32,000 nucleotides of DNA from Candidatus Saccharimonadota bacterium (GTDB taxonomy: Bacteria > Bacteroidota > Bacteroidia > Cytophagales > Amoebophilaceae), in the NCBI RefSeq assembly GCF_965196625.1, contig NZ_OZ239769.1, positions 1 to 32,000 of the forward strand, in the 5' to 3' direction. This document shows positions 16,500 through 25,659 of the stretch, one piece after another. How positions within the stretch are numbered: the first letter of the stretch is position 1; each line of letters opens with the position of its first letter. A program made the position numbers and the translations under genes. The notes beneath the pieces are model-generated. The model ran no database searches. It was given only the letters and a program-made list of their open reading frames with translations, and was not told where the DNA came from.

Positions 16500-18206
16500 C
16501 TAGAGTGCTCCCCAAGCCTTACGCACAAATTGCACCAGCGTACGAATATGTTCCCTGCTAAAATCAAAGCCAACACCAGCGGTTTCATAAACGGTACGCA
16601 TAGATGTTGTATGGCCTAATTTTAATGCATTTAAGTAATGATTCAATGCTTGTTTAGGGTTTTCTTGGGCATTTTTCCATACCCCAATCGCACCAAGCTG
16701 TGCAATTGCATACTCAATGTAATAGAAAGGTACTTCAAAAAGATGGAGTTGCTTTTGCCACAAATGGCACTTGACTTCCTCATAGCCGGTCCAATCGGTT
16801 ATGCCATCTGAAAAGTTATTAAAAATACGGTTCCAATTTTCTGCCCTTTCTGTTAAAGTATGGTTAGGATTTTCATACACCCAATGTTGAAAAGCATCAA
16901 TCGTAGCCATCCAGGGCAAGCAACTGACTACATGAATCAAATGATCTTTTTGGGCACGATGCAGCGCTTCTGGATCGGTAAAGAAAACATCCCAATGCGG
17001 CATGGTGAGCAATTCCATAGACATGGAAGCCAACTCTGCAATCTCTGATGGACAATGTTTAAAAGCATTGAGGGTCAACCTATGTACTAAGAAAGCATGC
17101 ACCGCATGGCCCCCTTCATGAAACATGGTAAGCAGATCACCTACCGTAGAAGCTGCATTCATAAAAATAAAAGGTACCCCGGTCTCATCCAACGGATAGT
17201 TATACCCACCAGGCGCTTTTCCCTTGCGAGAGGCTAAGTCCAAATGGCCCATCTCTTCCATGGTACGCAAACAATCGGCTAAAAAAGGATCTAACCGCTC
17301 AAATACCGTAATGGTTTTAGCAACCAGCTCTGCTACATCCTTAAAAGGACGCAATGGCTTTCTGCCCTCTATATCTACTGCATGGTCAAATGGTTGCAAA
17401 ATGGACAAGCCCAGCTTTTTTTTTCGCTCCTCTGCTAATTCATTGAGCAACGGTACGATTTCTTCCTTAATGGCTGTATGGAAGGTAAAACAATCCTCTG
17501 AGGTGTAATCAAAGCGATTCATGGATACAAAAGCATAATCTCTAAAATTCTTGAAACCAGCATTTAACGCCACCTGATGGCGTTGCTGAATCAGCTTTGA
17601 GTAGAGTGTATTCAGTGCATCTTTATCTTGCAACCTACGTTGTTGTACCTTATCATATACCTCCTTTCGAAAAACCCTATCGGTAGATTCTAAATGGGCT
17701 GCAGCTTGTTGCAAGGTGCAGGCCTTCCCAGCTATCTCTACCATCATCGCAGCTGAAATTACACCAAACTGACTTGTGTTTAATTGAATTTCCGTTTGAA
17801 TGGGTATATTTTCTTCTTTATAGCAACGCAATTGATTTTCAATCTTGCGAAAAAAGATATCATACTGCGCTTCTTTACGCAATACATTAACCTCTTTTAC
17901 CCCTAAAACTTTTTGATGCAATTGATCTGTAACAGCTGCTACATGAGGCGCTATAGCCGTAATATAATATTCATAACGGCTTTTAGCTGCCAAATCAGTA
18001 GTATCGCAAGATGTATGAATATAACACCATCCAGCATGCTCCTCTAACACCCCCTCTAGTTCACTCCAATCGGCTAAAAACTGCTTTAGCGCTTCCAATG
18101 AAGCAATCACTCTAGCCAGTAAATCATTATAAAAAGGCTCAATCGAAGCCCAATCTGTTAGCGCATAATCTACTGGTAAAAAAGTACGAACATATTTTTG
18201 AATCAT
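16500..18206 (-). CDS. pepF: M3B-family oligoendopeptidase (PepF-like)
   Basis: Zinc motif HEGGHAVH with a downstream Glu (EIAELASM). Length and C-terminal pattern are typical of oligoendopeptidase F. The ATG at 18206 (MIQKYVRTF) is preferred over the TTG at 18248 in the track. Confidence 0.88.
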   Translation of the reverse strand: MIQKYVRTFLPVDYALTDWASIEPFYNDLLARVIASLEALKQFLADWSELEGVLEEHAGWCYIHTSCDTTDLAAKSRYEYYITAIAPHVAAVTDQLHQKVLGVKEVNVLRKEAQYDIFFRKIENQLRCYKEENIPIQTEIQLNTSQFGVISAAMMVEIAGKACTLQQAAAHLESTDRVFRKEVYDKVQQRRLQDKDALNTLYSKLIQQRHQVALNAGFKNFRDYAFVSMNRFDYTSEDCFTFHTAIKEEIVPLLNELAEERKKKLGLSILQPFDHAVDIEGRKPLRPFKDVAELVAKTITVFERLDPFLADCLRTMEEMGHLDLASRKGKAPGGYNYPLDETGVPFIFMNAASTVGDLLTMFHEGGHAVHAFLVHRLTLNAFKHCPSEIAELASMSMELLTMPHWDVFFTDPEALHRAQKDHLIHVVSCLPWMATIDAFQHWVYENPNHTLTERAENWNRIFNNFSDGITDWTGYEEVKCHLWQKQLHLFEVPFYYIEYAIAQLGAIGVWKNAQENPKQALNHYLNALKLGHTTSMRTVYETAGVGFDFSREHIRTLVQFVRKAWGAL

Positions 18207-18390
18207 ATTATATTTTTTATTATTGGAATAATTATGAATAATAGGCAACCTATTTTGCTTGCTTATTATTTAATAGCACACTATCTTTTATACTTAATTT
18301 TTTACTAAAAATAGTAACATCAGCTAATTTAACCATATCTATTGATCAAAACCGTCTTAATAAGTAATTAATAATTTAAATGATTTTAAT

Positions 18391-19830
18391 ATGTTGTACA
18401 GTATCCTTCTAATGTTTATCCTTTCGTGTAGTAAGTTAATAGGTTTTATACATCATAATGATAACAATTATAATCTTAGGATAAGAGACCAAAAAGAACA
18501 AAAAGATATTAAGCACACTACAAAACAAGGTTATGTTACATCCGAAGATTATTGGGATGATTATGTTGAAGAAGGGCAACCAACCTATTCATTACACAAT
18601 GCAACGTCTAAGAATGAAATCCTGAGGGTTCAGATCATGCTCAATCAAGACTACCTAGAAGTACAATGTAAAAATATAGATCAATCCGATATGAGGGTTA
18701 ACACAAAAGACGACCAAGGTTATCTTCCTATACATTGGGCAGTAAGCAAAAAATTCTCAAATAAAAGGGGGCGGTATGCCCAGACAAATTTAAAGATATT
18801 AGAACTATTGTTACCCTATCCTAGCAGTTACCAAGGAGATAAGGAGGGCATGACTATCCTGCACTACGCAGTAAAAAACCAGCTCCCAGAATCTGTAAAA
18901 CAGATATTGAAGCATTTTAGAAAACAACTTCCAAGTTTCATCAATCAAAAAGATAAAAACGGGTTTACTGCGCTACATTATGCAGTGGATAAGGATACAG
19001 ATAAAAATAAAAATTATACAGAAGCACACCTTAAAATATTGCATACATTGCTACAAGATGCTGGTATTGATATCATGGAAACAGATAACGATGGGCAGAG
19101 TGCCCTCCATTGGGCAGTAGCAAATAATAATCTAGAGGCTGTAAAAGCGCTCTACGAATATGCTAAATCAAAATTCCCATTATCCTATAAAGATTTCATA
19201 AACATGAAAACTTTTATAAACCCAAAAACCAATATAGGGGGATGTCCTGCTATATACTGGACAACAAGTCCAGAATGCCCACCAGAAGATGCGCAAGCTT
19301 CTAGAGCAATAAGTTTAGAAATATTCAAGTTATTATTGCCTGAATGGGAAATGAACAACACAGACAACCAAGGGCAGACGCTTGCCCATTGGATCGCTAG
19401 GCGAAGTCGTAATGATATGCTTAAGGAGCTCATTAAGCGTAATAAAAATTTTGATCCTAATATGCAGGATAACCAGGGTTATACCATTTTGCGTACCACA
19501 ATAGCGGCAATACATGATATCGAAACCAACATACCAGGTAAACTTGAAAGCCAAAAAAACTACAAAAATGCACTTCTTCAACAATGCTATTGCATAATTA
19601 CTCAGATATCAAACTTACAATCACCTAGAATAGATAAGGATACAAAAAATAGGCATGAGGCGGAACCTATTGCAATAGACAACCTTAATCAGCTAGTAGT
19701 ACAAAAAAGCCAACTAGAGAACCAAATACCACAACCAGGCAACAAACGGCCTAGTAAAGCAGCAAAAAAACGCAATGAAGACCTCCCTTTGCCCCCTAAG
19801 AAAAGATATACAGGCAAGAAGTTTACCTAA
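18391..19830 (+). CDS. Ankyrin-repeat protein with basic, bipartite NLS-like C-terminus; candidate host-targeted effector
   Basis: At least six ANK units: GYLPIHWAV, GMTILHYAVKN, GFTALHYAVDK, GQSALHWAVANNNLEAVKAL, GQTLAHWIARRS, GYTILRT. C-terminus KRPSKAAKKRNEDLPLPPKKRYTGKKF. N-terminus MLYSILLMFILSC is a possible signal or lipobox. Confidence 0.9.
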   Translation: MLYSILLMFILSCSKLIGFIHHNDNNYNLRIRDQKEQKDIKHTTKQGYVTSEDYWDDYVEEGQPTYSLHNATSKNEILRVQIMLNQDYLEVQCKNIDQSDMRVNTKDDQGYLPIHWAVSKKFSNKRGRYAQTNLKILELLLPYPSSYQGDKEGMTILHYAVKNQLPESVKQILKHFRKQLPSFINQKDKNGFTALHYAVDKDTDKNKNYTEAHLKILHTLLQDAGIDIMETDNDGQSALHWAVANNNLEAVKALYEYAKSKFPLSYKDFINMKTFINPKTNIGGCPAIYWTTSPECPPEDAQASRAISLEIFKLLLPEWEMNNTDNQGQTLAHWIARRSRNDMLKELIKRNKNFDPNMQDNQGYTILRTTIAAIHDIETNIPGKLESQKNYKNALLQQCYCIITQISNLQSPRIDKDTKNRHEAEPIAIDNLNQLVVQKSQLENQIPQPGNKRPSKAAKKRNEDLPLPPKKRYTGKKFT

Positions 19831-19834
19831 AGCA

Positions 19835-19865
19835 TTTGAATAATCCTTTCGTTACCCTATATTTG
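19835..19865 (+). promoter_or_regulatory. Bacteroidota sigma-A type promoter for the rpmB-rpmG operon
   Basis: TTTG at 19835-19838, a 19-nt spacer, then TATATTTG (TAnnTTTG) at 19858-19865, 25 nt upstream of the rpmB ATG. Confidence 0.5.
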
Positions 19866-19890
19866 TAAGTATTTTAAAGCATATAGAAAA

Positions 19891-20148
19891 ATGGCAAGAG
19901 TTTGTGATATAACGGGAAAAAGACCCATTGTAGGGAATAATGTATCCCATGCAAATAACAAAACCAAAAGATGGTTTTACCCAAATTTGCAAAAGAAACG
20001 TTTTTATATTCCGGAAGAGGGTATTTGGATTCCATTGAAGGTTTCTACTTCTATTATCCGTACCATCAATAAAAAAGGAATTCATATGGTATTAAAAGAG
20101 GCCAAGCAGAAGGGGACTTTGTCTAAGAAATACCACTGGTTGGTTTAA
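19891..20148 (+). CDS. rpmB: 50S ribosomal protein L28
   Basis: MARVCDITGKRPIVGNNVSHANNKTKRWFYPNLQKKRFY is the canonical L28 N-terminus. Confidence 0.95.
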   Translation: MARVCDITGKRPIVGNNVSHANNKTKRWFYPNLQKKRFYIPEEGIWIPLKVSTSIIRTINKKGIHMVLKEAKQKGTLSKKYHWLV

Positions 20149-20189
20149 ATGACAATCACGCACAACCTCATAAAAAGGAGTAAAGTAAA

Positions 20190-20375
20190 ATGGCAAAGAA
20201 AAAAGGTGGTAGGGTTCAAGTAATCTTAGAATGTACAGAGCACAAAAGCAGTGGAGTAGCAGGTATGTCGCGATACTGTACAGAAAAAAACAGAACGACT
20301 ACTACTGCACGAATGGAATTAAAAAAGTATAATCCTATACTCAAGCGACATACCCTTCATAAGGAAATTAAATAA
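20190..20375 (+). CDS. rpmG: 50S ribosomal protein L33
   Basis: [19 protein letters not shown]...[32 protein letters not shown] is the canonical L33. Confidence 0.95.
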   Translation: MAKKKGGRVQVILECTEHKSSGVAGMSRYCTEKNRTTTTARMELKKYNPILKRHTLHKEIK

Positions 20376-20387
20376 TCATTATATATT

Positions 20388-20546
20388 ATGGCAAAGAAAG
20401 TAGTAGCCACCCTTTCTAAAGGTGATGCGGTTAAGCTAACCAAATTGATTCAAGTAAAAAAATCAGCAAAAACAGGGGCTTATACCTTCCGTAGTAGAAT
20501 TGTGCCCTCTGAAGTAGTAAAAGAGATTATATCTAGTAAGGCATAA
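20388..20546 (+). CDS. Small conserved protein (DUF4295-like) that follows rpmG in Bacteroidota; 52 aa, below the ORF-track cutoff
   Basis: ATG at 20388, TAA at 20544-20546. Translation: MAKKVVATLSKGDAVKLTKLIQVKKSAKTGAYTFRSRIVPSEVVKEIISSKA. Its position between rpmG and ftsY matches the conserved order as I remember it. Confidence 0.65.
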   Translation: MAKKVVATLSKGDAVKLTKLIQVKKSAKTGAYTFRSRIVPSEVVKEIISSKA

Positions 20547-20665
20547 TACTTGCACTACTCACTTTGCTGGGCTTATTATAAAGCCCGCCTTTTCTAGGTA
20601 TATTGTAGCATAAGCTAGTAGAACAGCCTATAGCTTTGTATAGGTAAGGAAATAAGTTATTTGCT

Positions 20666-21622
20666 ATGGGTATTTTTGATTTTTTTTCTAAGCCAACAAA
20701 GCCTAAAACGCATTTAGTAGAAGAACTTTCTAAGACGCGTCAGTCTTTTTGGGGTAAACTCTCTAAAATTATCGCAGGTAAGTCTACCGTTGATAGCGAT
20801 ATATTGGATAGGTTGGAGGAACTGCTCATTGGTTCAGATGTGGGTGTATCTACTACGCTTAAGATTATAGGTGCTATAGAACAACGTGTAGCGCGAGACA
20901 AATACCTTACCACAGATGAACTGGATCAGATTTTACAATCTGAGGCGGAGCAACTTTTACACATCGCACCTATACCAAATCAAGAGGTGGTTACACCACC
21001 CATCCATCCACATACCATACTGGTAGTAGGCGTAAATGGTGTAGGAAAAACGACTACTATTGGGAAACTGGCGGCGCAATTTATAGCACAAGGGAAAAAA
21101 GTTACGCTAGGTGCGGCAGATACCTTTCGTGCGGCAGCGGTAGAGCAGCTTACCATTTGGGGCAATCGTGTAGGCGCAGAAGTAGTAGCCGGAAAGATGC
21201 AATCAGATCCTTCTTCTGTTGCACACGAAGCGGTACAACAGAGCATACGCAATCAAACAGATGTAGTTATTATAGACACAGCGGGCCGATTACATACCAA
21301 AGTACATTTGATCAATGAGCTCGCTAAAATTAAACGAACCATCCAAAAGTGTCTCCCTGGTGCTCCACAAGAGGTATTATTGGTGCTGGATGGCACCAAT
21401 GGTCAGAATGCTTTTCTACAAGCAGAAGCTTTTACAGCTGCTGTAGCGGTAACCGGAATCGTGGTAACCAAACTAGATGGAACCTCTAAAGGAGGCATGG
21501 TACTGGGTATAGCCGATCAATTTTCCATTCCCATTCAATATATCGGTGTGGGTGAAAAAGTAGAAGACTTAAGGCCTTTTGACCCCCATGCATTTATTGC
21601 TTCTTTATTTCAGAAATGGTGA
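20666..21622 (+). CDS. ftsY: Signal recognition particle receptor FtsY
   Basis: NG domain with GVNGVGKTTTIGKLA, DTAGR and TKLDGTSKGG. 318 aa. Confidence 0.95.
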   Translation: MGIFDFFSKPTKPKTHLVEELSKTRQSFWGKLSKIIAGKSTVDSDILDRLEELLIGSDVGVSTTLKIIGAIEQRVARDKYLTTDELDQILQSEAEQLLHIAPIPNQEVVTPPIHPHTILVVGVNGVGKTTTIGKLAAQFIAQGKKVTLGAADTFRAAAVEQLTIWGNRVGAEVVAGKMQSDPSSVAHEAVQQSIRNQTDVVIIDTAGRLHTKVHLINELAKIKRTIQKCLPGAPQEVLLVLDGTNGQNAFLQAEAFTAAVAVTGIVVTKLDGTSKGGMVLGIADQFSIPIQYIGVGEKVEDLRPFDPHAFIASLFQKW

Positions 21623-21805
21623 TGCAAGATCAACATCCACGCTATAACCCAATCAGACTAAATAGACTCCTGTACGCATCCTAAAGTATTATACTGAGCC
21701 CATATTTCCTCTTTCAGACATATTAAAATAGCAACATGCGCTATGCCCCTAAAATTTTATAATATCTTTATATAAACTATTAAGTTCATAACAAGATTGA
21801 CCTAG

Positions 21806-22918
21806 ATGAGTAAAAAAGGACGTGTATTGGTAGCAATGAGTGGTGGCATAGATAGTTCTGTAGCTGCTGTAATGTTGCACGAGCAAGGATATGAAGTAGT
21901 AGGCATCACCATGAAGACATGGAGCTATGCCAATAGTGGTGGCAAGAAAAAAGAGACGGGATGCTGTAGCTTAGATGCGATCAATGATGCAAGACATGTA
22001 GCCGTTGAGTTGGGATTCCCTCATATTGTAGTCGATATAAGAGAAGCATTTGGCGGCCATGTCATTGACCATTTTAAAGCTGAATACCTAGCGGGTAGAA
22101 CACCCAATCCATGTGTATTGTGCAATACCCATATTAAATGGGATGCCCTTTTACAGCGTGCTAATAAGTTGGGTTGTGATTATCTAGCAACCGGTCATTA
22201 TGCGAAAGTACGAGAAGCGGAGGGGCGTTATATTATATCGAAGGGGTTAGATGCTAAAAAAGACCAATCCTATGCTCTATGGGGGGTTTCTCAAGAAAGC
22301 CTTAGGAGAACCTTACTGCCGCTCGGTGGATTTACCAAATCTTTTATTCGTGCATTTGCTGCTGAACGTGGATTTACAGATTTGGTTGCTAAATCTGAGT
22401 CATACGAAATATGTTTCATTCCCGACAATGATTACCGTGGATTCTTAAAGCGACAAGTCCCTGGATTGGAAGAAAAGGTTAAAGGAGGGGCGTTTGTATT
22501 AGAAGATGGCACCGTAGTAGGCCACCATGAAGGCTACCCCTTTTATACCATTGGCCAGCGAAAGGGGCTAAACATAGCCTTGGGCTATCCAGTATATGTA
22601 ACCGCTATAGAGCAGGAAACCAATCGCGTAGTATTGGGTACATTTGATCAGTTGCGCCGAGATGGTATGTATGTACACCAACTCAATTTATCCAAATATG
22701 TAGATCTAAAGGAAAAAAAGTTAGATACGCTTACTAAGGTTAGGTATAACGACCCAGGCACCCCCGCTGTTATTGAACAAGTAGGCGATCAAATGCATGT
22801 ATTTTTTGGTACAGGTGTACATGCCATTACGCCAGGCCAAGCCGCTGTTTTTTATGAAGAGGAAGATGTAATAGGAGGAGGATGGATTGTCTCTGCTTTT
22901 CAAAAAAAAAGTAAATAA
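21806..22918 (+). CDS. mnmA: tRNA-specific 2-thiouridylase MnmA
   Basis: PP-loop VAMSGGIDSSVAA, catalytic Cys region NPCVLCN, ATGHYA and DQSYAL motifs. 370 aa. Confidence 0.95.
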   Translation: MSKKGRVLVAMSGGIDSSVAAVMLHEQGYEVVGITMKTWSYANSGGKKKETGCCSLDAINDARHVAVELGFPHIVVDIREAFGGHVIDHFKAEYLAGRTPNPCVLCNTHIKWDALLQRANKLGCDYLATGHYAKVREAEGRYIISKGLDAKKDQSYALWGVSQESLRRTLLPLGGFTKSFIRAFAAERGFTDLVAKSESYEICFIPDNDYRGFLKRQVPGLEEKVKGGAFVLEDGTVVGHHEGYPFYTIGQRKGLNIALGYPVYVTAIEQETNRVVLGTFDQLRRDGMYVHQLNLSKYVDLKEKKLDTLTKVRYNDPGTPAVIEQVGDQMHVFFGTGVHAITPGQAAVFYEEEDVIGGGWIVSAFQKKSK

Positions 22919-22951
22919 TAGTATGTGTTCATCCAATGGCGTCAACTTAAG

Positions 22952-22986
22952 GTGTATTAGTCAAGATTTAATCTTGACTAATACAC
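22952..22986. terminator. Perfect 16-bp hairpin between convergent genes; bidirectional terminator candidate
   Basis: gtgtattagtcaagat (22952-22967) pairs perfectly with atcttgactaatacac (22971-22986). It lies between the mnmA stop and the stop of the 23003-23827 ORF. Confidence 0.55.
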
Positions 22987-23002
22987 TAAATCCCATATTT
23001 GG

Positions 23003-23827
23003 TTATTCAACTTTTTTTAATGCCTGCCTATTCTCTTTAGCCTTTTGCATTTGACTATATCGTTCAGCTTCAGATGCGCGTATCACACGCCAATAGGAAG
23101 CAGCCGCAGCATGCTTACTAGATTCAGATTCTAAAACCACCGTCCACAATTTATAATCTATTGCAAAATCTGAATGGGTTAGGGGGCCACGCCATGAACT
23201 TGATACTACTAAGCCATTACCCTCTTGACCTTTTTTTAAATTACACAACCACTCAGCATACTGTATATATTTGTAATCTTGAGCAGCGCCTAGATTTTCA
23301 TCTTCTCCATTGCATACAATGCATATATTACTTAACTGCTCCTGACTCAACCCAGTCTCTTCCAATACAATTGGAATGCAATCAGGATATGCTATAGAAG
23401 CAAAAATAACGACCTTATAGTTTTTCTGTAAACAATCAGTAATCAACTCCTTAAAACCTTCAGGATCATAAAGCCTATCCCTCTTTATTTCCGCTAATAG
23501 TTCCCTATCTATACACTCCGTATCTAGTGTACCCTGAGGTTTCAAAACAATACGCTTATAGACACGCGTTACTCGCTCATCAGGAAATATGGTAAAATAG
23601 TCATTGCTAGAATATTTAACCTGACCTTTTGGAAAATAGGGTTCTAGACCAAGCCTTCCTTCTTTAAATAAAGAATAAAACTCAATACAAAGTATGTTTA
23701 CAGATTCTTGCTTTTCTTGGCCAACTTCTTCTACACCTCTTAGACCATGTGCACATTTTACCAAACCATTACCATATAAGCCAGGACGCAACATCGTGCA
23801 TTGCATAAGCTGAATGATACATACCAA
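23003..23827 (-). CDS. Hypothetical protein, start uncertain
   Basis: 274-codon ORF with non-repetitive, globular-looking composition. The track start is a TTG, and the frame stays open about 85 nt further upstream without an ATG. I recognise no family securely. Confidence 0.5.
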   Translation of the reverse strand: MVCIIQLMQCTMLRPGLYGNGLVKCAHGLRGVEEVGQEKQESVNILCIEFYSLFKEGRLGLEPYFPKGQVKYSSNDYFTIFPDERVTRVYKRIVLKPQGTLDTECIDRELLAEIKRDRLYDPEGFKELITDCLQKNYKVVIFASIAYPDCIPIVLEETGLSQEQLSNICIVCNGEDENLGAAQDYKYIQYAEWLCNLKKGQEGNGLVVSSSWRGPLTHSDFAIDYKLWTVVLESESSKHAAAASYWRVIRASEAERYSQMQKAKENRQALKKVE

Positions 23828-24294
23828 ACCAAAGACAAACCCTTTTATATATATATGCTTTACCCATAACCATTGCGTTCGAAGATAAAAACAGGTAGAC
23901 GCACCCTATAACTATAATAGGAGTTATGAAATAAATTATATAAAAGCAACATAAAAACCTTGTAATAAACAATATTTTTATGTATCGTGCTTTTTGGTTG
24001 TTAATACAATTAACTTGCCTTAATATTTTGCATGTATAATCTATTATTTGTATGATGCAAGTAAAAGTGACTGATAAAGCTAACGCAGCTAGAGACTTGC
24101 AAGTCAAAATATTGAATAATGGGTATACCCAATTAAAACGATTATTTAATATCTAGCAAACTATAAATAACATTTTACTAGAGTAAAGAAATGGTTCGAC
24201 AACTTAAAATTAAGCACACCTGATGCTGTTGATTACTCATACTACCGCAACTGGTTAACTTTATTCTTCATTGTTTACCCATTCCCTTCTCATC

Positions 24295-24327
24295 CCACCG
24301 TACGTTCAGTTTTCCCGAATACGGCGG
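24295..24327 (-). ncRNA. Group II intron domain V hairpin
   Basis: Minus strand CCGCCGTATTCGGGAAAACTGAACGTACGGTGG. Lower stem CCGCCGTA/TACGGTGG, upper stem TTCGG/CTGAA, a 2-nt bulge (CG) on the 3' side, and CGC at the catalytic-triad position. Confidence 0.65.
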
Positions 24328-24350
24328 CCCGACAGTCTTCTTCATAAACC

Positions 24351-25659
24351 TTACGCAAGTCTCTCAGGATACTTGATCATGCCACTATCAATGTAAAACA
24401 TGCCCATTGTGTAGAGTTTGCTATTGGGATATCTTTTCCACCCAAAACCTCGGCCTTTGCTTCTATGGGTCAAGTATCTGCGAAATCGGTTATTGATAAA
24501 GCTCTGCAATTTCCGAAAAGCTTCACTGGCATTCGTATGTTTAAAATAGTTTACCCATCCTAATACTACTGGTTTGATTTGCTCCGTGAATGCCACCGGT
24601 TTGATTGGTGCTCTCCTACAAGTCAAATATTTTAATCTGTTACGAATATTTTGCTGGGATCGTTTTGATGGAGACACATAGATGGTATTTCTTCCACTTA
24701 TTCGACTTTGTCTTTTTACAAAGTTAAAACCTATGAAGTTAAACCCTTCTGTTAGTTTCGTTATATGTGTCTTTTGGTGGTTAATAGTGAGCGATAATCT
24801 CTTGGCTAATTCTGTGAATCTTTCCAGCGCTAACTTGGCACTCTTGCGGACATACTAGAATTACATCATCACAATATCTGTGTAAGGTTGCGTTTAGTTT
24901 TTCTGGATAGCTCCTTGAATGCCATACTTGGTCTATAACATTTAGGTATATATTACTATACAATGGTGAAACCGGAGAACCCTGAGGAACACCAACTTTC
25001 TTCTTGCTTATAGCTTTACCGTGTATAACCACTGAGGTCGTGAGAGTTTGCTTGATTATATGCAACATACTGCCATCTGCTATTCTTTTACTAATCAGTT
25101 TTAATAACTTTTCGTGTGGAATACTTGTGAAGTATGATTAAAAATCTATCTCAACTACTCCCCATGCCTGCTGGTATAGATCGTCATGGATGGCCATACT
25201 TGCTTGTTTGGCGCCTCGTTTCGGTCTATAGCCGTATGAACATTCATGAAAATCAGCTTCGAAGATCGGTTCAATGACTATTTTAATGGCTGTCAGCACT
25301 ATGCGGTCTTCTATGGTCGTTATCTCTAGGGGGCGTGTGCCGCCTTTGGGTTTAGGTATTTCTACCAACCTGCTTGAGCTAAACTTATATAGCTTGGCGC
25401 ATAATTGCTTTTGCAATTTATTGATAATCAATTCTTCACCTGCTTCTATTATATCATTTATGCTTTTACCATCAATCCCTGCTGAACCCTGGTTCGACTT
25501 GACTTGACGCCATGCCTCCCAAAGTACATCTGATCGATATATTTTATCGTATAGACTATAAAATCTGACTTCCTTACTTTGCTTGGATTTAAGATATAGA
25601 GTTCTTTGGAGTTGCCGAACTTTTTGTGTTCCGTTCATAGCGTTTTTGCAATCAGACAT
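24351..25659 (-). pseudogene. Group II intron reverse transcriptase/maturase, inactivated by one in-frame TAA and one frameshift
   Basis: RT motifs GSAGIDGKS, KPKGGTRPLEITTIEDRIVL, YGYRPKRGAKQA, GVPQGSPVSPLYSNIYL and RYCDDVILV. Maturase X domain LGWVNYFKH. TAA at 25138-25140 interrupts VVEIDF*SYFTSIPHEKLL in frame. A frame change occurs at about 24830-24850, where ...ILVCPQE continues as SAKLALERFTELAKRLSLTINHQKTHI in another frame. Confidence 0.85.

Noticed and set aside
15960-17508. ORFs 15960-16208 (-), 16860-17048 (+) and 17224-17508 (+)
   Set aside because: They are antisense to the alpha/beta-hydrolase and the M3B peptidase genes, which carry clear catalytic motifs.
19185-20085. Minus-strand ORFs 19185-19433, 19333-19584 and 19852-20085
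   Set aside because: They are antisense to the ankyrin-repeat gene and to rpmB.
20980-22945. ORFs 20980-21252 (-), 22251-22448 (+) and 22721-22945 (-)
   Set aside because: They are nested in or antisense to ftsY and mnmA.
23161-23397. 78-aa plus-strand ORF
   Set aside because: It is antisense to the longer 23003-23827 ORF and has no distinguishing features.
25274-25507. 77-aa plus-strand ORF
   Set aside because: It is antisense to the group II intron RT fragment.
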